NCBI GenBank assembly: GCA_963844035.1 | Contig: CAWJMT010000002.1 | Coordinates: forward strand, 1 to 64,000 | Direction of reading: 5' to 3' | Origin: an uncultured Gemmatimonadales bacterium | Lineage (GTDB): Bacteria; Gemmatimonadota; Gemmatimonadetes; Gemmatimonadales; GWC2-71-9 | Length of the DNA: 64,000 bases | Shown here: positions 56,773-64,000 of the stretch, one piece after another | Position numbering within the stretch: the first letter of the stretch is position 1 | How the letters are laid out: every line of letters begins with the position of its first letter | The notes under the pieces: generated by a model | Seen by the model: only the letters and a program-made list of their open reading frames with translations | Databases searched by the model: none | What the model was told of the DNA's origin: nothing | Translations under genes and position numbers: made by a program

Positions 56773-57645
56773 TCGAGCACCATTTCACGGTTGACGTGGA
56801 GGAGTACTTCCAGGTCTCGGCGTTTGAGCCGCACGTGGCGCGGGCCGACTGGGGCACGTTCGAGAGCCGTGTGGTCCCGCCCATGCTCAGGCTCCTCGAC
56901 CTGCTCGAGCGCCACAACGCACGCGGGACATTCTTCGTGCTGGGATGGGTCGCCGAGCGACACGCGTCCCTGGTCAAGGCGATTGCCGCCGCGGGTCATG
57001 AGGTGGCCTCCCATGGTTGGGATCATCGCCGGATCACACAGCAAACGCCCGATCAGCTGCGGGAGTCGGTCAGGCGTACGAAGGACGCGCTCGAAGCGAT
57101 CGTCGGCGTACCGGTAGTCGGGTTCCGGGCCCCAAGCTTTTCCATCGTGCCGGGCCGAGAGTGGGCGTTGGACGTGCTCTTGGAGGAAGGCTACCTGTAC
57201 GACTCGAGCCTGTTTCCCATCGCGCGTCGGGGTTATGGCTATCCTGACAGCCCGCGGGATCCGCACGTACAGACGGTCGCCCGCGGGAGCCCTGGTCGAG
57301 CTCCCGCCCACGACGTTGCGTCGGGGCGGGGTGACCCTCCCCGCTGCCGGCGGCGCATACTTTCGTCTGTTTCCCTACGCGCTTGCCCGGGCGGCGTTCC
57401 GCGACTCCGCCGACCGGGGTGTCTCGGGGACGTTCTACATCCATCCCTGGGAGCTGGACCCGGATCAGCCGCGATTGCCGGTGTCGTGGACAGCGCAGGC
57501 GCGGCACTACGGCGGCCTGACGCGCACCATGCCGCGGCTCGAGCGACTCCTGACCGAGTTCCGCTTTAACTCCGTGCATGGGGCCGGCACCGTGGCCCGG
57601 CTGCTCCCACGCATGGCCAACGCGCTCGAGCCCAGCCACCCGTGA
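56769..57645 (+). CDS. XrtA-system-type polysaccharide deacetylase (frameshifted)
   Basis: FTVDVEEYFQV, TFFVLGWVAE, HEVASHG, GFRAPSFS, YDSS, GGAYFRL, FYIHPWELD. Confidence 0.9.
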
Positions 57646-58670
57646 CCCTTACTGTCGAGCGGTTCTCCGGTCTCGGCGCCGAGTGGGACGCGTTCGTCCG
57701 CCTTGCGGAGGGAGGCACGCATTGCCACCTCTGGGGGTGGAAGGCGGTCATCGAGCGGGTGCTCGGTCACGAGTGCCACTACCTGGCGGCTCGCTCTCCC
57801 GAGGGCAGGCTCGTGGGCGTGCTTCCGCTCGTCTGCGTGTCCAGCCGGTTGTTCGGGTCCTACCTCGTCTCGATGCCCTTTCTGAATTCCGGGGGCGCGC
57901 TGGGTAGCGACCGGGCGGTGCAGGCGCTGGTTGCTCGAGCTATCGAGCTCGCCAGGACCGACGGCGTCGAGTTGCTGGAAATCCGCAGCCGCACCCCGCT
58001 TCCGCTGGATCTTCCCGTGTCACATCGCAAGATCACAGTGGTCCGGGACCTCGTGCCCGGCGACCCGGTCCGGGTGTGGGAAAGCCTGCGGGCAAAGGTG
58101 CGCAGTCAAATCCGTCGCCCGCAGAAAGAGGGCATTCAGGTGCGGTTCGGCCCCGATCAGGTCGGCGCCTTCTTCCGGGTGTTCTCGCAGCACATGCGTG
58201 ACCTCGGCACCCCGACGCAGCCCCGGCGCTTGTTCGACGCCTTGGTCGATGCGTTTCCGGCCGACGTCTGGTTCGGATGCGCGTATGACGGCACCCGCCC
58301 GATTGCGGCAGGGTGCGGGTTTCGCTGGAATGGTGAGTTCGAGATGACCTGGGCCTCGTCGCTGGCGCGGTACAACGCCATCGCTCCCAACATGCTGCTC
58401 TACTGGGCGTTCATGGAGCGGGCCGCTGCGGATCGCCTTGAGGTCTTCAACTTCGGCCGCTGCACACCGGGCAGCGGCACGCACCGGTTCAAGCAACAGT
58501 GGGGTGGACGGGACGTGCCCCTGTGGTGGTATCAGCGCACGGCGGGGCAACGCGCGGCAACCCCTTCGCCCGACGACAAAGCCTTCGCGTGGGGGCCGCG
58601 CATGTGGAAGCGGCTGCCGCTGCCCATCGCCAACATGCTGGGACCGCGCGTCGTGCGCCTGATCCCGTGA
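57642..58670 (+). CDS. FemAB-related protein of XrtA/PEP-CTERM-type EPS loci
   Basis: WDAFV, GVLPL, LVSMPFLNSGG, MRDLGTP, PNMLLYW, FNFGR, FKQQWG. Confidence 0.88.
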   Translation: MTLTVERFSGLGAEWDAFVRLAEGGTHCHLWGWKAVIERVLGHECHYLAARSPEGRLVGVLPLVCVSSRLFGSYLVSMPFLNSGGALGSDRAVQALVARAIELARTDGVELLEIRSRTPLPLDLPVSHRKITVVRDLVPGDPVRVWESLRAKVRSQIRRPQKEGIQVRFGPDQVGAFFRVFSQHMRDLGTPTQPRRLFDALVDAFPADVWFGCAYDGTRPIAAGCGFRWNGEFEMTWASSLARYNAIAPNMLLYWAFMERAAADRLEVFNFGRCTPGSGTHRFKQQWGGRDVPLWWYQRTAGQRAATPSPDDKAFAWGPRMWKRLPLPIANMLGPRVVRLIP

Positions 58671-59865
58671 TGCTCCGGCACCAGCTTCCCGCCTACTCGC
58701 CGCTCAGCGGCGCCTCCCTCGGGCGCGCGCTCCTGCATGCGTTCGGCCCCGGGATGGATGGACAGGCTGAGCTGACCGCGATGCTCGAGCGGGAATATCG
58801 CGCCGATCGGGCTCTGCTCCTTGGAAGCGGCACCCAGGCCCTGCAGGTCGCCATCGCGCTCGCCATGCGGCACGTGGGCGATGCGGTCGTTGCGCTTCCG
58901 GCGTTCAGCTGTTTTGACGTGGCGGCCGCGGCTGTAGGCGCGCACGCGAGGATCAAGTTCTACGATCTCGACCCGACCACTCTGGCGCCCGACCCGCGGT
59001 CGTTGGAGAGCGCGCTGGCGAGGGGCGCTCGCGTTGCGGTCATCGCCCCGCTGTACGGTTTCCCGGTCGATTGGGACGCGCTCGCAGACTTGCTCGTCCG
59101 ATACGGCGCCATGGCCGTCGAAGATGCGGCACAAGGCGATCACGCCGAATGGCGGGGCCGGAAGCTGGGGAGTCTCGGCCCGATCAGCGTGTTGAGCTTC
59201 GGGCGAGGGAAAGGGTGGACGGGCGGCAGTGGCGGGGCGCTCCTCATCCGGGATCAGGCACCGTGGCAGGGGTTGCGAGACACACTGATGGAGATGTCGA
59301 GCGGGACAGGGACGTCTCGCTGAGGTTCGCGTCCTCGGCGCGCTGGCGGCCCAGTGGGCGCTCGGCCGGCCGGAGTGTTACGCGATCCCGCGCGCGGTGC
59401 CGCGGCTCCAATTGGGCGAGACCGTATATCACGATCCCGTGCCGCCGCGAGGGATGACCCGTGCGGCCTCCGCGTGTCTCGCGGCCAACCGGCCAGCGGC
59501 CGCGGAGGAGGCGGCGACGCGGCGCGCGACGGCGCTGGCGTTGCTTGCAGCGATCGGCTCCGGACGCGGGTGCGAGCCATTCGGCCGCTCGCGGGGGCGA
59601 CACCCGGATTCTGCGGTTGCCGCTGCGGCTCGCGGTGGCTTTCGGGGGTTTGCGACCCCTGCGACCGCAGGCCGCCTGGGGATTGCGCCGAGCTACCCGT
59701 CGGTGCTCGGCGCCATCCCGGAGGTGCGTCCATGGATGGATGACGCAACGTCCCAGCTGGCCGGGAAGCGACGGAGCTGGTCCGCACGCTCTGCACGGTG
59801 CCGACGCACTCCCTTGTCACATTGGGAGAGCGTGCCCAGTTGATCCGCGAGATCGAAGCCTATGA
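58670..59865 (+). CDS. DegT/DnrJ/EryC1/StrS-family PLP enzyme (frameshifted)
   Basis: SGTQAL, PAFSC, VEDAAQG, SFGRGK...GG. Confidence 0.8.
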
Positions 59866-59913
59866 GCAGCGGACATGAGGTCGAGCCTTCCGGCTCCCCA
59901 TGGCCGCGTGACC

Positions 59914-59929
59914 TGGCACCAATGTTGCC
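59914..59929 (+). promoter_or_regulatory. Sigma54 promoter upstream of a GT4 gene
   Basis: TGGCACCAATGTTGCC. Confidence 0.7.
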
Positions 59930-60052
59930 GTCCACCCTGCGACGGCCGAACCTGGAAGGAGCGGAGTCTATGGCACCGCGGATTGAGCGTGGCACGAGCG
60001 TGACACAAGGGCACGAAGTGAGGGCGCCGCAGCGCGCCGCCGCGAGGCCGGC

Positions 60053-61546
60053 GTGACCGCGTCCGTAGCTCCGTCCCCACCAATGAGCCCGCGCGTTCGC
60101 ACGCCGGGACGGCGCCTGGTCGTGCTCAGCTATCACTTTCCGCCCGACGGCACCGTCGGCGGATTGCGCTGGTCGGGTTTCACCAAGTACCTGAGCGCGA
60201 TGGGGTGGACCTGCTGGGTGATCACCGCGGCTCCAGCTCCGGATCCCGGGACCTTGCCCGCGGGTGTCATCGTACGATCGTACCCCCGGCGCCGCACGCT
60301 GAATGATTTGTACAACTGGCTGCGGCGGCCTCGGGGCCAGCGAGAGGCAGCGTTGCGATCCGGCACGGACGAGGCGGCGCCGCCACCACCCAGGAAGCCG
60401 AATGTGCTTCGGGCGTGTATCGACCGGCTGCGGTTGGAAGTCTCCATGCTGCTGTTCCTCCCCGACGAGGGCCGCGGGTGGATGCTGCGCGCCGCCTGGC
60501 ACGCGCGGCGGTTGATCGTGCAGGTGCGTCCCGATGCGATCGTGAGCAGTGGTCCGCCGCACTCAGCCCACGTCGCCGCTTGGCTGGCGACCCGGGGCAC
60601 GCAAACGCGATGGCTTATGGATCTTCGGGATCCTTGGGTCAGCCCTATCCCCTCGTGGTGGAGCTCCCATGCGAAGAACCAAAGCCACGTGACGAGGTGG
60701 TTGAACCACGCGCTGGAGCGCCTCGCCATCAAGTCCGCGAGCGGCGTGGTGTGCACCAACCCTGAGCTTGTCGAGGCGATGGCGGTTCGGTATCCCGGCG
60801 CCACGTTCGACTGGGTATCGAACGGAGTGGATCGGGATCTCCTGCCTCCTCGCACGCAGGCCCGCTTTCCCGGCTTCGGGATCGTGTACGCGGGCTCTCT
60901 ATATGGAGCACACGACCTCGGACCAGTGCTCACCGCCCTCCGAGCCTTCCTGGATCGCAATCCGCGCGCCGGGGAGCAGGGGACTACGCTGCGGCTCGCG
61001 GGAACGATCGAGCCGTCCCACGGCGAGCGGTTGCGGCGTCAGATTCGGGCGCTGCGTCTCGAGGCCCACGTGGAGTTTCTCGGCATCTTGAAGCGGGAGG
61101 CAGCGCTCCAGCTCGTCGCGCGGTCCCGGCTTGTGATTGTGTTGGCGCAGACCTTGGCGCACCAGGTGCCGGCGAAACTGTTCGAGTCCGTGGCCATGGA
61201 GATCCCGACCCTCGTCTTCTGTTCCGCCGGGAGCGCGGCGCACTCGGCCGCGGCGCGCGCGGGTGCTACTGCGGTGCGGTCGGAGGACCTTCAGCGGACC
61301 GTCCACGCGATGGAGGACGCCTGGTTGGGACGCACGCCGGTGCCTCAGCCCACGACGCCGATCGACCACGGTCAATTGGCAGCCCAGGTGGAGCAGCTGA
61401 TCGCCCCGCACGGTCTGCGGACGACGGCCCTGGGTCTGAGATTGCGGGAGAGTGGTATCGCCGCATTCCGCCGTCGTCAGGTCGGCGTCGAGCGACCCCC
61501 GGAGCCGCCGGAAGGCGACACGGTGTGCTGTAGCAGGTCTACGTAG
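60053..61546 (+). CDS. Glycosyltransferase family 4
   Basis: YHFPP...GGLR, PDEGRGW, SSGPPHSAH, DLRDPW, SNG, YAGSLY, PAKLFE. Confidence 0.88.
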   Translation: MTASVAPSPPMSPRVRTPGRRLVVLSYHFPPDGTVGGLRWSGFTKYLSAMGWTCWVITAAPAPDPGTLPAGVIVRSYPRRRTLNDLYNWLRRPRGQREAALRSGTDEAAPPPPRKPNVLRACIDRLRLEVSMLLFLPDEGRGWMLRAAWHARRLIVQVRPDAIVSSGPPHSAHVAAWLATRGTQTRWLMDLRDPWVSPIPSWWSSHAKNQSHVTRWLNHALERLAIKSASGVVCTNPELVEAMAVRYPGATFDWVSNGVDRDLLPPRTQARFPGFGIVYAGSLYGAHDLGPVLTALRAFLDRNPRAGEQGTTLRLAGTIEPSHGERLRRQIRALRLEAHVEFLGILKREAALQLVARSRLVIVLAQTLAHQVPAKLFESVAMEIPTLVFCSAGSAAHSAAARAGATAVRSEDLQRTVHAMEDAWLGRTPVPQPTTPIDHGQLAAQVEQLIAPHGLRTTALGLRLRESGIAAFRRRQVGVERPPEPPEGDTVCCSRST

Positions 61547-62649
61547 ATGCTCGCGTAGTGCGCCACCATGTGCGAGATGTCGTACAGGGCGGCGGCGCGG
61601 GCGGCGGCCTGTGCGCCGAGCCGCTGCGCCGCTTCAGGGTCCTGGAGCAGGCGATCGAGGGCACCCGCCAGTGCCTCGGAATTGCCCGGCTCGACCAAGA
61701 GTCCCGCTGCGCCTTCGCCCAACGCCGTAGGTACCTCGCCGACCCTCGTGGCGATAATTGGGCGGCTCGCGAACATTGCTTCGAGGAGCGCGAGGGGCAG
61801 ACCCTCGGACAACGACGGCATCACGAAAATGTCCGCGCTGCTCAGTAAGTTCGGGACATCAGCACGCAAACCCAGGAAGTGGACTCGGTCGGCGATGTGG
61901 TGCTCGCGCGCCCACGCTTGGAGCTCGTCCGCGAGCTCTCCGCGGCCCGCTAGCGCAAGGTGCACGTTGGGATACCGGTCGGACAGCGAGGCGAGCGCGG
62001 CGAGCAGCACGCGGTGGCCTTTGACGGGATAGAGATTGCCGACCGCGAGCAGGAGTCGTTGGTCGGGTGCGAGTCCCAGCTCCGCGCGCAGCGATGAGTC
62101 CGCGTGGGCGCGCGGTCGCACACCGTTTGCGACTACGGTGATACGAGAGAGGCGGACCCGGAGATCAGTGCTCAAGCTGCCGGCCAATCGCTGCGAGACG
62201 GCGACGAGGCTCCCGCTGGCCGCGACGGCCAGCCGCATCGCGAGTCGACGACGCAGCGCCGCGGCGTAGTAGCGGCTGCCATGCATGGTGATCACATGCG
62301 GGATACCCGCACGCCAGGACGCCCATGCGCCGTAAACGGCCATCGAGAATTCGTGGCTGTGGGCGATGGCCGCGCGGTGGCGTCGCAATGTCGCGGCAAG
62401 CCATTTCGCGCAGGTGGGGGACACCGGTCGCTCCAGCCGAAAATGCTCGACCACCACCCCCGTCCCGCTCAGCTCGCGCTCGAGCCAACCTTCCCCATTC
62501 GCGGGAAGAATCACCAGGTTCTCGGTTCCCGCGGCCTGGAGCCTGGTCGCGATGTTCGCCACCGTTCGCTCCGCGCCGCCTGGCCCGTCGGTCTCGATCA
62601 GATGCGCGATCGAGAGCCCGCGCAGCCGCTCGAGGGGCGCCGCCGTCAT
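61477..62649 (-). CDS. Glycosyltransferase family 4
   Basis: GGAER, HSHE, TMHG, VGNLYPVKGH, FVMPSLSEGLPLALLEAM. Confidence 0.92.
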   Translation of the reverse strand: MTAAPLERLRGLSIAHLIETDGPGGAERTVANIATRLQAAGTENLVILPANGEGWLERELSGTGVVVEHFRLERPVSPTCAKWLAATLRRHRAAIAHSHEFSMAVYGAWASWRAGIPHVITMHGSRYYAAALRRRLAMRLAVAASGSLVAVSQRLAGSLSTDLRVRLSRITVVANGVRPRAHADSSLRAELGLAPDQRLLLAVGNLYPVKGHRVLLAALASLSDRYPNVHLALAGRGELADELQAWAREHHIADRVHFLGLRADVPNLLSSADIFVMPSLSEGLPLALLEAMFASRPIIATRVGEVPTALGEGAAGLLVEPGNSEALAGALDRLLQDPEAAQRLGAQAAARAAALYDISHMVAHYASIYVDLLQHTVSPSGGSGGRSTPT

Positions 62650-63562
62650 CCGCGGACCGCCCGGTGGGGGCTCCAACCTGCGATCCAGGTTTGGAATGCT
62701 GCGTCGGAAATGTGTGCGGGGATATTCACGCGCGGCGCGGCCCAGGGATCGGTCTCGTGAGTCGTCAGATGCGCATCCAGGGTCAACGCCATTGTGTAGC
62801 CCGCCGCGCGGGCGGCGTCGCGCACGCGCTGGTCCCACAATCCATATGGATAGGCGAAGAACTCCGCGAGGACGCCACTGCGGTCGGCGAGCGTCTCACG
62901 GCTGTCGACCATCTCGCTGCGCAGTTCCGCGTCATTCAAACGCGGCAGGGCGCGATGGGTAGCGGTGTGGACACCCAGATCGAGGCCGCCACGAACCGCC
63001 TTGCGAATGACGTCCCAAGTGGCGGGCAGCGTCAAGGGTGGGCGGGAGGGGGCGGGCGTGACGCCGAGGTCCTGCAGGATCAGCCGACCCGTCGCCACGC
63101 AGATCGCCGAGCCAGCGCGCGGACGATGGGCCGCCGGCCCGCCGGGCGGCGTCCGGGTGATCCCACCAAAAGGGCGCGGGGGCCGATGCGCGCGCTCCGT
63201 CGACCGACAAACACCGTGGCGGGCAGGCCGCAACTCCGCCAGGACGGGCCACGCGTATTCGAACACGCCGCGGTACGCGTCGTCGAAGGTGATGGCCGCC
63301 AGCCTCCGCAGCGACTTCCCGGCGCGCATCCGGGCGATCAATTCACGCAGCGGAACGACGGAGTAGCGCGCAGCGAGACAACATCATCTGCTCCCGGAAC
63401 CGGGACTGGGTGATGTGGAGCCCGGTGTTGGCTGAGCTCGGGCGGCTCCTCGGCAACGACGTTGTGATAGCACAGGACGACCGCAGCGTTGCGAAACTGC
63501 CGAACGGCCGCGGGCAGGCCAAGGGCTCGCAGTCCGGCGTAGTATAAGGAAGCGGCGTTCAT
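62646..63562 (-). CDS. Polysaccharide deacetylase, CE4 (frameshifted)
   Basis: VLCYHNV, ITFDDAY, GVHTATH, FAYPYG. Confidence 0.85.
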
Positions 63563-63652
63563 GCGAGAGAATCTACATTCAACTCGCGCCGGCTCGCGAC
63601 GCGCGCCGGTGTGGCGGGAGACGTGCATGGCTGAGGGCTTGGGGACGTGCCG

Positions 63653-64000
63653 ATGAACGCTAGACCGCGGGTCATGGTGCTCTCGCAGTGTCTGCCGTAT
63701 CCCCCGCAGAGCGGGGTTCGCACCCGGACGTTCAATATTCTTCGACAGCTCCAGCGCGAGTTCGACGTTACCGTGATCCCATTCTCTCGAGCCGTGCACC
63801 AGCCATCGGCTGCCGATCGGGAGGTTGGACGTGAAATGCTGGCGCGGGTGGTGACAGAGATCGCCGTTCCCGTGCCGATCCCGAGCGAGCAGTCGGTAGC
63901 GCGGCGTGTGTGGGACCACCTGCGCAGCGTGCTGACGCACCGGCCGTACACCTCCTATGAGTACCGCAGTGGTGACTTCCGCCGGCAGCTGCGCGCGCTG
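63653..64000 (+). CDS. Glycosyltransferase family 4, N-terminal part (runs off window)
   Basis: My translation: MNARPRVMVLSQCLPYPPQSGVRTRTFNILRQL..., open to the window end. Confidence 0.8.
   Translation, partial: MNARPRVMVLSQCLPYPPQSGVRTRTFNILRQLQREFDVTVIPFSRAVHQPSAADREVGREMLARVVTEIAVPVPIPSEQSVARRVWDHLRSVLTHRPYTSYEYRSGDFRRQLRAL

Overview
The window joins two unrelated genomes at about 8011. Bases 1-8011 are from a methanogenic archaeon (Methanomicrobiales-like, inferred from gene content and TATA promoters). They hold smc, a glyA-folD-folP-cofE-like operon, a peroxiredoxin, cofC and a truncated cofG. Bases 8012-64000 are from a high-GC Gram-negative bacterium (Gemmatimonadota-like, inferred from gene order and protein style). 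Its housekeeping backbone is relA end, uvrB, tsaE/tsaB/rimI, ssb, a LysM protein, ccsA-hemA, tol-pal, tatC fused to an LptD-like gene, two large TPR proteins, ispB, a tatA pair, a SurA/PpiD-like gene, aroQ, an M24 peptidase, accB-pilT-accC, comB, ftsK, yraN, recA/recX, alaS, gmhA, cca, a ZIP transporter and rarA. An exopolysaccharide locus of the XrtA/PEP-CTERM-associated type follows. Many essential genes carry single-base frameshifts, most likely long-read consensus errors, so gene ends are approximate. The most notable observations are: an in-frame TatC-signal peptide-LptD polyprotein; a cluster of sigma54 promoters driving EPS genes, an ATP-grasp/ThDP pair and a small DRR-repeat protein; scattered type IV pilus polarity-like genes; 7-nt repeats inside housekeeping genes; and a CofE-family ligase in an archaeal folate operon. 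No rRNA, tRNA, CRISPR array or transposase was recognised.
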